A stretch of 64,000 nt of DNA from Bacteroidales bacterium (GTDB lineage: Bacteria; Bacteroidota; Bacteroidia; Bacteroidales; UBA7960), in contig SLCY01000018.1 of NCBI GenBank assembly GCA_007125585.1, forward strand, positions 356-64,355, written 5' to 3'. The notes beneath the pieces are model-generated. The model did no database searches and was not told the DNA's origin. It worked only from the letters and a program-made list of their open reading frames with translations. The translations under genes were made by a program, and so were the position numbers. Shown piece after piece: positions 46,532-55,810 of this stretch (position 1 is the stretch's first letter; each line of letters opens with the position of its first letter).

Positions 46532-49162
46532 ATGATGCTACTAAGATCCGCATTGCTGTGTGTTATTTGTCTGCTGAATGCCTCAGCAGCATTTCCGGCT
46601 GAGACTGCAACAAATACACTAACCCACCCAAAAGATTTTTTCGGCTTTACCCCTGGTGAAGACCGCAAGATGTTTCTTTATGAGGACCTGATTGGCTACC
46701 TGGACACGTTGCAACGGGAATCGGACATGTTGAAACTCATTGAAAACGGTATCTCGCCGATGGGGAAACCCATGGTTATCGCCTTTGTTTCATCTCCGGA
46801 AAATATTGCCAACCTCGACAAACTGCAAGAGATCAACCGTCGCCTTGCCCTTGACGGAGACATCCCGGTGGATGAGCGGCAATCCATGATCGAAGAGGGC
46901 AGGGTTTTTGTGCTGGTAACACTGTCCATGCACTCTACGGAGGTTTCCCCTTCCCAGGCTGCCCCGCTCATGGCATACAACCTCATCACCGGCACCGACA
47001 GTGATCCTTCATACCTCGATGATGTGGTCTTTATGATGGTACCCTGCCACAACCCGGATGGGATGAACATGATCGTCGAGCATTATAACAAATACCTTGA
47101 CACCCCCTATGAAGGAAGTTCACTGCCCGGGGTATACCACAAGTATGTTGGGCACAATATCAACAGGGACTTTGTAACACTGACCCAGAGTGATAACCAG
47201 GCAGTGGCCGATATCTACAACCGCGACTGGTTTCCCCAGGTGCTGGTGGAAAAGCATCAGATGGGCAGCACGGGGCCCCGCTATTTTGTGCCCCCGAAGC
47301 ACGACCCCATCGCCCAGAACATTGACGAGCTGGTGTGGAACTGGACATGGGTTTTCGGATCAAATATGGCAAAAGATATGACAGCCAGTGGGTTGAAAGG
47401 GGTCAGCCAGCTTTACCTCTTCGATGATTACTGGCCGGGGTCGACCCAGACCAGTTCATGGAAAAACGTGATCAGTCTGCTGACCGAAGCCGCCAGTGTG
47501 CAGCTGGCCACTCCCATCTACATAGAGCCCAACGAACTACAGGTCAGGGGAAAAGGGCTTTCCGAATACAGCAAAAGCATTAATTTCCCGGCACCCTGGC
47601 CCGGTGGATGGTGGACACTGGGTGACCTGGTGACCTATGAGCTGGAGTCGGTCTACTCACTCGTCAAGACCGCTTCCCTGCACCGTGCAGATATCCTTAA
47701 CTTCCGCAACGAAATGTGCCGGAGGGAGATCAAAAAAGGGCTGACCGAACCTCCATTCTATTATGTACTGCCGGCGGAACAACACGACAGGTCTGAGCTT
47801 GCCAGACTGCTTAAACTCCTCGAACGGCACGGCATCACGCTATATCGTGTCGACACCGATACCACCCTGGAAGGAAGACGGGTCAACCGGGGAGATTATA
47901 TCATCCCACTGGCACAGCCTTTCCGTGCCTTTATCAAGGAAGTCCTGGAAAGCCAGACCTTCCCTGTCCGCAGATATACTCCCGGTGGTGAGATGATACG
48001 CCCCTACGACATCACCTCATGGTCCCTGCCCCTCCATCGAGGCATTATAAGCATGGAGATCAACACCCACTATCCGGAAGAAGTGCTTGCATACAGCGAG
48101 ATCAGCGCCGAAGAAATAACTGAAAGCCACCCGATACCGGATGATGCTGCCTGGATGTTGCTTACAGCCAATAAAAACCAGAGCTATAAGGTAGCATTCC
48201 ATGCCATGAATCAAGGCATGGAAGTAAAACGCACAGAAAAAGGATTCCAATGGGAAGGAAGTACGATCCCCGCAGGCAGCTTTCTCATAAACACGAACCA
48301 GGGCGATTCCGAACGGCTTGAAGGCCTGGCCCTTCATCTCAAGGTGCCGCCAGTCTTTCTGGATCATGATCCGGAGGTTGCACGCACCCTATTGCACCTG
48401 CCCCGGATCGCACTCTGTGAAACCAATTTTCATGATATGGATGCCGGATGGACACGGTTCCTTTTCGACAGCTACGGCATACCCTACACCGTTCTTAATC
48501 CGGATGACTTCAAAACCATCCCGCTGAAAGAGAGTTTTGATGTGATCGTCTTCCCTGATGCGACAAAAGACCAGATCGTGCATGGCCATTCAACACGCGC
48601 GGGTGAAGTATTCATTCCGTTTTATAAACCGGAATATGTGCAGGGAATGGGCAACGAAGGGTGGCAAAATGTGCTCAGCTTCATGGCAGATGGTGGAACG
48701 CTTGTGGCCTGGGCACGTTCTGCTGAACTGTTTTTCGGTTTGATGAACCCGGGAGAAGAACGGGAGCGTTTCCGTTTTCCGGTGCATGATATCTCTGGCC
48801 GGCTTCGTGGCAATGGTTTCTATTGTCCGGGTTCATTGCTGAAGATAAAATTAGTACCGGACCATCCTATCACCCATGGGATGCCGTCCGAGATCGGTGT
48901 GTTCCACCGCAACTCACCTGTTTTTGCCACCTCCGTGCCCAATTTTGGAATGGACAGAAGGGTGATCGGACAGTTTCCGGAGAAGGAAAAACTGTTGCTG
49001 AGTGGTTATGTTGAAAAAGAAGAGCTGTTGGAGCGCCAGCCAGCCATCGTATGGCTTGAAAGGGGTAAGGGACAGGCGGTGCTTTTTTCTTTCGCACCCA
49101 ACTTCAGGGGGTCAACGCCGGTTTCCAACAAACTCGTTTTTAACTCACTGCTGCTGCAATAG
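46532..49162 (+). CDS. M14-family zinc carboxypeptidase-like protein, secreted
   Basis: 876 aa with a signal peptide. HxxE zinc motif (MHSTE) and HNPDG block, plus a long C-terminal extension. Confidence 0.7.
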   Translation: MMLLRSALLCVICLLNASAAFPAETATNTLTHPKDFFGFTPGEDRKMFLYEDLIGYLDTLQRESDMLKLIENGISPMGKPMVIAFVSSPENIANLDKLQEINRRLALDGDIPVDERQSMIEEGRVFVLVTLSMHSTEVSPSQAAPLMAYNLITGTDSDPSYLDDVVFMMVPCHNPDGMNMIVEHYNKYLDTPYEGSSLPGVYHKYVGHNINRDFVTLTQSDNQAVADIYNRDWFPQVLVEKHQMGSTGPRYFVPPKHDPIAQNIDELVWNWTWVFGSNMAKDMTASGLKGVSQLYLFDDYWPGSTQTSSWKNVISLLTEAASVQLATPIYIEPNELQVRGKGLSEYSKSINFPAPWPGGWWTLGDLVTYELESVYSLVKTASLHRADILNFRNEMCRREIKKGLTEPPFYYVLPAEQHDRSELARLLKLLERHGITLYRVDTDTTLEGRRVNRGDYIIPLAQPFRAFIKEVLESQTFPVRRYTPGGEMIRPYDITSWSLPLHRGIISMEINTHYPEEVLAYSEISAEEITESHPIPDDAAWMLLTANKNQSYKVAFHAMNQGMEVKRTEKGFQWEGSTIPAGSFLINTNQGDSERLEGLALHLKVPPVFLDHDPEVARTLLHLPRIALCETNFHDMDAGWTRFLFDSYGIPYTVLNPDDFKTIPLKESFDVIVFPDATKDQIVHGHSTRAGEVFIPFYKPEYVQGMGNEGWQNVLSFMADGGTLVAWARSAELFFGLMNPGEERERFRFPVHDISGRLRGNGFYCPGSLLKIKLVPDHPITHGMPSEIGVFHRNSPVFATSVPNFGMDRRVIGQFPEKEKLLLSGYVEKEELLERQPAIVWLERGKGQAVLFSFAPNFRGSTPVSNKLVFNSLLLQ

Positions 49163-49196
49163 GGACTCACCACCGTGTGTATATGCCAATGGCTGA

Positions 49197-50501
49197 TCAT
49201 TTCGCCCTGGCGTGGAGGTCGAACTCGGTGGCATTTGTGATGGTTGCCATGGTAAACTGTCCGGGCTTGAGGTGCGGGGCCTTCTCGATGATTACTTCAT
49301 TGTCTATCTCGGGGGAGTCATATTCCGTGCGGCCCGCAAAAAATGAAGACTCTTCACGGTCGATGATCACCTTCAACCGTTGGCCAATCCTGGACAGATT
49401 GATCCCATTAGATATCTCCGATTGCAGGGACATGATGGCCCCGGCCCGTTCCTTCTTTACAGATGATTTTACGGGATCCCCCAACGAGTAGGCCCGGGTA
49501 TTTTCCTCGGGTGAGTATTTGAACACCCCCAGCCGGTCGAAACGTATCCTCCTGACAAACGCCATCAGCTCATCAAACATCTCCTCGGTCTCACCCGGAT
49601 AGCCAACCATGAGGGTGGTGCGCAAAGCGATGCCGGGCACCCTTTCCCGAAGCCTTTCAAGAAAACGGATGGTCCCATCCCTGTCATGTCCACGCCGCAT
49701 CGAAAGCAGGATGCTGTCATTGATATGCTGCAGGGGGATGTCAAGGTATTTGCAGATTTTTGGCTCAGCGGCCATGAGCTGTATTACATCATCCGGGAAG
49801 TTATGGGGATAGGCATAGTGCAGGCGTATCCATTCAATGCCATTTATACTGCATAAAGATTGGAGCAACTGGCCCAGAAGCGGTTTGCGTGATATGTCGA
49901 TGCCGTAATGGCTTAGGTCCTGGGCCACCAGGTTGATCTCTTTCACTCCCTTGGCGGCGAGCATCCTTGTTTCTTCCACCAAAAGCCCGACGGGCAGGGA
50001 GCGGTAAGCACCCCTGATCATGGGGATGGCACAAAAGGAGCAGGTGCGGTCGCAACCTTCGGCAATCTTCAGGTAAGCATAATGGTTAGGGGTGGAAAGC
50101 AGCCTTTGCGGATCATTGGCGACATAGTTTGCCTTCAAATAAGCGAACAAGTCGTCCGGGCCATGGACACCAAACCAGGCATCTACCTCCGGGATCTCCT
50201 GCATCAACTCTTCTTTGTAGCGCTGCGACAAACAACCGGTGACCAGTACTTCCCTGACAGTCCCCCTTTTTCGTGCCTCCAATACCCCGAGGATGGTATC
50301 GATGCTTTCCTCTTTTGCATCATTGATAAAGCCACAGGTATTGATTATGACAATATCCGCCGATTGTTGCCCCTCAAACATAAGCTGAAAACGGTCGGCG
50401 GGCAGCTGGGCCATGATCTTCTCTGAATCAACCAGGTTTTTTGAGCATCCCAGTGTGATCACCTTGATCGTTGTCTTTTTCACTTCACCACCGGGCTTCA
50501 C
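49197..50501 (-). CDS. rimO: Ribosomal protein S12 methylthiotransferase RimO
   Basis: 434 aa. MTTase N-domain (ITLGCSKN, INTCGF), radical-SAM CDRTCSFC and a C-terminal TRAM domain. It overlaps ftsY by 4 nt. Confidence 0.9.
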   Translation of the reverse strand: MKPGGEVKKTTIKVITLGCSKNLVDSEKIMAQLPADRFQLMFEGQQSADIVIINTCGFINDAKEESIDTILGVLEARKRGTVREVLVTGCLSQRYKEELMQEIPEVDAWFGVHGPDDLFAYLKANYVANDPQRLLSTPNHYAYLKIAEGCDRTCSFCAIPMIRGAYRSLPVGLLVEETRMLAAKGVKEINLVAQDLSHYGIDISRKPLLGQLLQSLCSINGIEWIRLHYAYPHNFPDDVIQLMAAEPKICKYLDIPLQHINDSILLSMRRGHDRDGTIRFLERLRERVPGIALRTTLMVGYPGETEEMFDELMAFVRRIRFDRLGVFKYSPEENTRAYSLGDPVKSSVKKERAGAIMSLQSEISNGINLSRIGQRLKVIIDREESSFFAGRTEYDSPEIDNEVIIEKAPHLKPGQFTMATITNATEFDLHARAK

Positions 50502-51451
50502 GACTGAAAGAGTGTTTCCACAAAAGCCTCCCTGTCAAACATCTGCAGGTCATCGATGCTTTCACCAACTCCAATATATTTCACCGGCACACTGAACTGG
50601 TCGCTCACCCCGATCACCACACCGCCTTTTGCTGTTCCATCAAGTTTTGTGATGGCCAGTGCATTTACCTCTGTCACCGATATGAATTGCCTGGCCTGCT
50701 CAAAGGCGTTCTGGCCGGTGGAGCCATCCAGTATCAGCAGCACCTCATGCGGAGCACCGGGAACAACCTTTTGCATCACCCGCCTGATCTTTCCCAGCTC
50801 ATTCATCAGGTTGACCTTGTTGTGCAATCTCCCGGCGGTATCCAGGATGGCCACATCGAACCCTTTGTCGCGGGCATATTCCAGGGTTTCATAAGCCACA
50901 GATGCAGGGTCCGTGCCCATGCCCCGTGCAACCATCGGCACATCCGCCCGTTGCGACCAGATGGTCAGCTGATCGACCGCCGCCGCACGAAAAGTATCTG
51001 CTGCACCCAAAACCACCTTTTTACCGGCTTTCCTGAACTTGTGGGCCAGCTTGCCTATGGTGGTGGTCTTGCCAACACCGTTCACCCCTACCACCATGAT
51101 CACATAAGGACGCTCCTCACTCTCTGATAAAACCTCAGAAAAATCATCTGCCCGATTCTCATACAATAAAGCAGTAACCTCTTCACGTAAAATACGGTTC
51201 AGCTCTTCCGTCCCAAGATATTTTTCCTGTGCAACCCTTTTCTCAATGCGCTCAATGATCTTTATGGTTGTAGCAACACCAACATCGGAGCTGACCAGTA
51301 TCTCTTCCAGTTCGTCAAGAACCATTGCATCTACCGTCGAACGTCCCGCAACGGCCTTGGACAACCTGGAAAAAATGTTTGAACGAGTCTTTGACAAGCC
51401 CTTGTCCAGCTTCTCTTCCTTGTTTTTTGAAAAAATGTCGAACAAACCCAT
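50498..51451 (-). CDS. ftsY: Signal recognition particle receptor FtsY
   Basis: 317 aa. GTPase motifs GVNGVGKTTT, DTAGR and TKLDG. Confidence 0.95.
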   Translation of the reverse strand: MGLFDIFSKNKEEKLDKGLSKTRSNIFSRLSKAVAGRSTVDAMVLDELEEILVSSDVGVATTIKIIERIEKRVAQEKYLGTEELNRILREEVTALLYENRADDFSEVLSESEERPYVIMVVGVNGVGKTTTIGKLAHKFRKAGKKVVLGAADTFRAAAVDQLTIWSQRADVPMVARGMGTDPASVAYETLEYARDKGFDVAILDTAGRLHNKVNLMNELGKIRRVMQKVVPGAPHEVLLILDGSTGQNAFEQARQFISVTEVNALAITKLDGTAKGGVVIGVSDQFSVPVKYIGVGESIDDLQMFDREAFVETLFQS

Positions 51452-51613
51452 GATGGTGCAAATATGAAAGGGCGATAAAATAAAATCAGACCTGCACCGG
51501 TTGGTGGGGGCAGATCTGAAAAGAACCGGCGATTCGCGTTTTTCGCACCATCGTTTCGCCCAAGCATGAAGCCAGGCGCAGACGTGCGAGATGACGCGTC
51601 GCTGAAATGTCAG

Positions 51614-51772
51614 TTATTTCTTCCGGGCGAAGTATTCCTTTACCTTCTCTGTGGCTATAATATCCTCTTCAAAGGCATAAGAACCCGTCTTTTCAGATTT
51701 TTGCATCCGGATCACTTTAGCAAATCCTTTGCCACTTCCGGTCTTTATTGCTGCAACTACTTTCTTTGCCAT
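51614..51772 (-). CDS. DUF4295 family small basic protein (52 aa)
   Basis: This ORF is not in the track because it is shorter than 60 aa. My manual minus-strand translation gives MAKKVVAAIKTGSGKGFAKVIRMQKSEKTGSYAFEEDIIATEKVKEYFARKK. The position between rpmG and ftsY is the conserved Bacteroidota context for DUF4295. Confidence 0.7.
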   Translation of the reverse strand: MAKKVVAAIKTGSGKGFAKVIRMQKSEKTGSYAFEEDIIATEKVKEYFARKK

Positions 51773-51783
51773 GATACAGGTAT

Positions 51784-51972
51784 TTACTTGATTTCTTTAT
51801 GAATGGTCATTTTACGCAAGATCGGATTGTATTTCTTCATCTCCAGGCGGTCCGGCGTGTTCTTTTTATTCTTCGTTGTAATATACCTGGACGTTCCAGG
51901 CATGCCACTGTCCTTATGCTCAGTACACTCCAAAATGACCTGATGCCGTGCTTCTTTCGTTTTCTTTGCCAT
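51784..51972 (-). CDS. rpmG: 50S ribosomal protein L33
   Basis: 62 aa. [20 protein letters not shown]...[21 protein letters not shown] is the canonical L33 sequence. Confidence 0.9.
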   Translation of the reverse strand: MAKKTKEARHQVILECTEHKDSGMPGTSRYITTKNKKNTPDRLEMKKYNPILRKMTIHKEIK

Positions 51973-52002
51973 GATAATTAGCCTTTATGATTTTCAGGAG
52001 CG

Positions 52003-52036
52003 CAAAGATACAATTATTTCCCGAAATAAACACAAA
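52003..52036 (-). promoter_or_regulatory. Candidate rpmG promoter
   Basis: The minus strand has TATCTTTG (plus-strand CAAAGATA, 52003..52010), 31 nt upstream of the ATG. A minus-strand TTTG (plus-strand CAAA, 52033..52036) lies 22 nt further upstream. Confidence 0.45.
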
Positions 52037-52107
52037 AAGCTTACTAAATATAAAGTGAACCGTGCCGGGGCTTGTTGCATCACCCCAAAAAGAAAACACA
52101 GTGATTT

Positions 52108-52138
52108 TTTGCATTTTACATCCTTTTTCATACTTTTG
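52108..52138 (+). promoter_or_regulatory. Candidate promoter of the FKBP/SlyD-like gene
   Basis: TTTG (52108..52111), a 19-nt spacer, then TACTTTTG (52131..52138). It lies 80 nt upstream of the ATG at 52219. Confidence 0.5.
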
Positions 52139-52218
52139 CAAAATAGTGTAGATCGTTTCGGGATTTTCCTTGAGTATAAGGATTATCCCGTTCATTTTAA
52201 AACAAAATAAAAGATATT

Positions 52219-52713
52219 ATGTCGCAATCTGATGCCAAAGTAATTGCACTCACTTACGAGTTGCGTGAAGGAGGACCGGAAGGAGATTTGCTGGAGTCTG
52301 TCAACAAGGAGCAGCCCATTGAGTTTTTATTCGGTGCCGGTCGTCTAAACCAGAGCTTTGAAGAGAATGTAAAAGATCTTGACGAAGGCCAGGCATTTGA
52401 GTTTCTGATAGAAGCCGATGACGCCTATGGCCAGGTAAATGATAAAGCTGTAGTGGACCTTCCAAAGAGCATTTTCGTAATTGATGGGAAGCTTGCGGAG
52501 GACTTGCTGGTTGAAGGCAATATTATCAACATGGAAGACCAGGAAGGCAACCCCCATCGTGGCAAGATCATGGCAATAGGCGATGAGAAGGTCAAGATGG
52601 ATTTCAATCACCCACTGGCGGGGATGGACCTTCATTTTCAGGGCAAGGTGATCCGCCGCAGGGAGCCCACCCGGGATGAATTGAACCAGGGCTACGTAAA
52701 GCCTGAGGAGTGA
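52219..52713 (+). CDS. slyD: FKBP-type peptidyl-prolyl cis-trans isomerase, SlyD-like
   Basis: 164 aa. It is colinear with SlyD: (L)TYELREGG..., FLFGAGRLNQSFEENV, DAYGQVNDKAVVDLPKSIF and DFNHPLAGMDLHFQGKV. It has an insert-in-flap region and no His-rich tail. Confidence 0.85.
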   Translation: MSQSDAKVIALTYELREGGPEGDLLESVNKEQPIEFLFGAGRLNQSFEENVKDLDEGQAFEFLIEADDAYGQVNDKAVVDLPKSIFVIDGKLAEDLLVEGNIINMEDQEGNPHRGKIMAIGDEKVKMDFNHPLAGMDLHFQGKVIRRREPTRDELNQGYVKPEE

Positions 52714-52925
52714 TGCACCCGTTGACTGGCCTGAAAGGGATTATTGCCTTTTTGCGGAGCACCTGGCCTGGCCAGTCAATCCATGCTGAGGTTGAACAGA
52801 AGTTGCGTACATATATTGGCCGGTGTGGGTTTTAAAACCCAGGTGCATCCAACGCCGGGTGTCAGATCCTGAAGAGATGTCAATGATTGTGCCGACATAG
52901 CCAATGTGCCAATATTGGCATTCAT

Positions 52926-53369
52926 TCAAACGGGCTTTCCCGGTTTTCGGGAAGGCCCTTGTCTTTTGGGGAGGGTCTTTAGGGAGGAGATATGGATGGT
53001 GACGCCAATGGCAATTGCCAACAGCAGCAAACGAACCCACATCTGGCTGACGGCAAAGATGGCTGAGATGCTGATGGTGACCCAAAGCATGGCTATAGCC
53101 ACTGCTTTCACCCTGGCAGTGGTGCCCCCATGGTCGCGGTAGTTGCTTATATGCTCCCCAAAATAGCGATGATTGAGCAACCAGTAGTAAAACCGCTCCG
53201 AGCTTCGGGCGTAACAATAAGCCGAGAGCAGCAGGAAAGGAGTGGTTGGCAGCAGGGGTAAAGGGATCCCCAGTATTGCTAGCCCCAGGCTGATGGTCCC
53301 TGCCAGGAAAAATAAAAAACGTTGCAGGGGGTTCAGCCGTCTGCCAAATGTCGGTTTTTCTTCCCTCAT
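52926..53369 (-). CDS. YbaN-family inner-membrane protein (DUF454)
   Basis: The start is trimmed to the ATG at 53369 (MREEKPTFGRRLNPLQRFLFFLAGTISLGLAILGIPLPLLPTTPFLLLSAYCYARSS.RF), the typical DUF454 N-terminus, giving 147 aa. Confidence 0.75.
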   Translation of the reverse strand: MREEKPTFGRRLNPLQRFLFFLAGTISLGLAILGIPLPLLPTTPFLLLSAYCYARSSERFYYWLLNHRYFGEHISNYRDHGGTTARVKAVAIAMLWVTISISAIFAVSQMWVRLLLLAIAIGVTIHISSLKTLPKRQGPSRKPGKPV

Positions 53370-53439
53370 GTAAAGAAGTTTAATATATTTGGGTTGCCTT
53401 TTATCGCAAAGATGCAAAGGTCGTAAAAAAAGCCTGTTC

Positions 53440-54387
53440 ATGGAAGTCCAACCGGTAAGGGAAGACACCTTCCTGTTAAGCAGCTCAACCAACCGGCAGT
53501 TTTTTGTCAGCAGCTTCCTGCCCGCCAGCGGGAAGTTCAAAGGCATTGTATTGATAATACCGGGCATGGCAGAACATTCGGGCCGCTACAAGGAGTTTGC
53601 TTTTTTCCTGGTTGAAAAAGATTACGGGGTATATGCCTGCGACCACCCGCGACAACAATTAAACCCAGCGGATGCCGAAGAGCCAGGTCGCAAAATACGT
53701 TACAGGGGCTGGCAGATCATGCTTGAGAATGTTCGTGCAATGTATACATTTGTCCGCAAAAACCATCCGGAAATCCCTGTATTCGTCTTCGGACACAGCA
53801 TGGGTTCTATCCTGGCCCGTCACTTTACTGCATTGTACCCGGTCTATATTCAGGGGCTAGCCCTTTCCGGAAGCTTCATGATCTCTTTTCTTTCCCTGTC
53901 GGTTTTTTTGAACTTCATCCGCCTGAAGATCCTTTTCGAAGGGTCTGACAAGAAAAGCAAGTGGTTCAACAAACTTTTTTACTGGAATTTTAACCGGCAT
54001 TTTAAGGATCGCCCTACCCTGTTTGAATGGATCTCTTCCGACAGGGAAGAAGTGGACAGTTACGTCGCCGACCCCGGGTGCGGGTATGATTGTTCAAACG
54101 GCTTTTACCGTCATTTGCTCAAAGGCATTGCCGCAACAAAAAGGGCAGAGAAACTGATCACCTACCGAAAATCCCTGCCGGTCCTCATCCTGAGCGGACA
54201 GGCAGACCCCGTGGGTCGATTTGGGAAAGATGCCGTAAGGCTGCACAAGGAATACTTCGAACAAAACTTCCAGAACCTTTCATTAAAGATCTTCCCGGGC
54301 CGGCACGAGCTTCTCCATGAGAAAAACAAGGATGACGTGTACAGATACCTGCTCAAATGGCTGAATGAAAGTCTGGAGGTGAAGTAG
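53440..54387 (+). CDS. Alpha/beta hydrolase (lysophospholipase / monoacylglycerol-lipase-like)
   Basis: The start is trimmed from the TTG at 53389 to the ATG at 53440. Oxyanion block LIIPGMAEHSGRY and nucleophile elbow GHSMGS. The C-terminal His context is GRHELLHE. Confidence 0.8.
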   Translation: MEVQPVREDTFLLSSSTNRQFFVSSFLPASGKFKGIVLIIPGMAEHSGRYKEFAFFLVEKDYGVYACDHPRQQLNPADAEEPGRKIRYRGWQIMLENVRAMYTFVRKNHPEIPVFVFGHSMGSILARHFTALYPVYIQGLALSGSFMISFLSLSVFLNFIRLKILFEGSDKKSKWFNKLFYWNFNRHFKDRPTLFEWISSDREEVDSYVADPGCGYDCSNGFYRHLLKGIAATKRAEKLITYRKSLPVLILSGQADPVGRFGKDAVRLHKEYFEQNFQNLSLKIFPGRHELLHEKNKDDVYRYLLKWLNESLEVK

Positions 54388-54513
54388 GGTTTTCAGGCAC
54401 TGATACCAAGCCACAACTGTCCGGGGCCCGCAAACGGAAGGCCCTGCACGGTGGAACATTCATCGGGGCCGGATGATTATAAAAACACCGTGGGAGGCAT
54501 AAATATAAGCCGG

Positions 54514-55623
54514 TCAGGCCCTGAATATAAGCAACGGGATGGTGCTCTGATAGATGAGCTTCCGGGTGATGCCGGGATTGAACAAGCGGGCCAGCAAGCC
54601 TCGCTTGCGATTCACCATGGAGAAAAGGTCTATCTGGTGCTCCTCCACGAAAGACTCCAGTGCCTTTATGTTGTCTTCTCCCTCCAACAGGTGACACTGC
54701 ACCTCAATGCCTTTGTGCACCTTGCCAAAATAATCCTTCAAATTGTCCATCTTCAGTTCATCCCATGTTTTTTCTGCATTTTTAGACAAATGGACACAAT
54801 GCACCTTCACACGGAATTCCGAAACGATTGACAGCAAACGGCGTATGGCAATATAGTCCGAGTCATCAAACTCCGTAGCATAGGCAATATTCTTGACCGG
54901 TTTGTTTGCGTCAAAAGCCGACTGCCCCGGAATGGCCAGCACCGGCACCCTGGTGCGGTCGAGCACACGGTACACCACACTGCCAATGATATCGCTTTGC
55001 TTCTCCCCTTTTCCCTTTGTCCCCAGAACAATAATGCCGGGCTTGTATTCTTTGGCCATCCTGGCGATCTCATCTTCAGTAATGCCTTCCCGCAGCGAAT
55101 AGCCTACCTTTACCTGGTCCATCTTCTTTTTGGCAGCCTCCTGGCGAACTTCATTCACAAAAGAGACTAAACCCTTTCTGGCATTGCTCTCCATCTCACG
55201 CAGGTTGATGTCCATATCCACCTGTATGCTGTATGCATCGGTAATAGGGACAAGATCTACGATGGGTGCATAATACACATGCAAGATCTTGATATCGGCC
55301 TTCAGTTTTTGGGCGAGATTAAGCGCATACAAACAGGCATTTTTTGAATACGCTGAAAAATCGACCGGCACGAGGATACGACGTATCTCCCTGGGATTTT
55401 TCTTTTCAGCATGCTCCTGTTCCGACCGCCACTCATTCATCAGGCGCAGCGCTTTTTCAACATCAGAAGACCTGATCTGTATCTTCACCCCCTCAGGGGC
55501 GGCACCCTGTATGAGGTGGACATTGCGCAGATAACATGTGATGCCGGCTCCTTCAAGACGGGCTTTCAATACTTCTGCCGAAGTATAATGATCGGTAGCT
55601 AGGGTGACAAGTTGCTCTTCCAT
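54514..55623 (-). CDS. Tandem universal stress protein (UspA x2) with N-terminal DUF2007-like domain
   Basis: The start is placed at the ATG at 55623, after an A-rich leader. The first ~70 aa (LVTLATDHYTSAEVLKARLEGAGITCYL...IQIRSSDVEKALRLM) resemble DUF2007. Two Usp folds follow (ILVPVDFS...; VLGTKGKGEKQSDIIGSV; C-terminal NPGITRKLIYQSTIPLLIF). Confidence 0.75.
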   Translation of the reverse strand: MEEQLVTLATDHYTSAEVLKARLEGAGITCYLRNVHLIQGAAPEGVKIQIRSSDVEKALRLMNEWRSEQEHAEKKNPREIRRILVPVDFSAYSKNACLYALNLAQKLKADIKILHVYYAPIVDLVPITDAYSIQVDMDINLREMESNARKGLVSFVNEVRQEAAKKKMDQVKVGYSLREGITEDEIARMAKEYKPGIIVLGTKGKGEKQSDIIGSVVYRVLDRTRVPVLAIPGQSAFDANKPVKNIAYATEFDDSDYIAIRRLLSIVSEFRVKVHCVHLSKNAEKTWDELKMDNLKDYFGKVHKGIEVQCHLLEGEDNIKALESFVEEHQIDLFSMVNRKRGLLARLFNPGITRKLIYQSTIPLLIFRA

Positions 55624-55810
55624 GTTTTTTTTTCTTGGTGCAAACACAACGCATTAACAGAAGATAAATTTACAAAAAACAAAGCTTATGTGCAAGCTTG
55701 CTGCATGATGATGGATTCTTTCCGGAGCGGAAAAGGGAAGCTGAGGCGGTTCGGAAGGGATGGGAAGCAGCAAACACCGGTTGCATATAACCTGGTTTCA
55801 CCCTGTCCTG

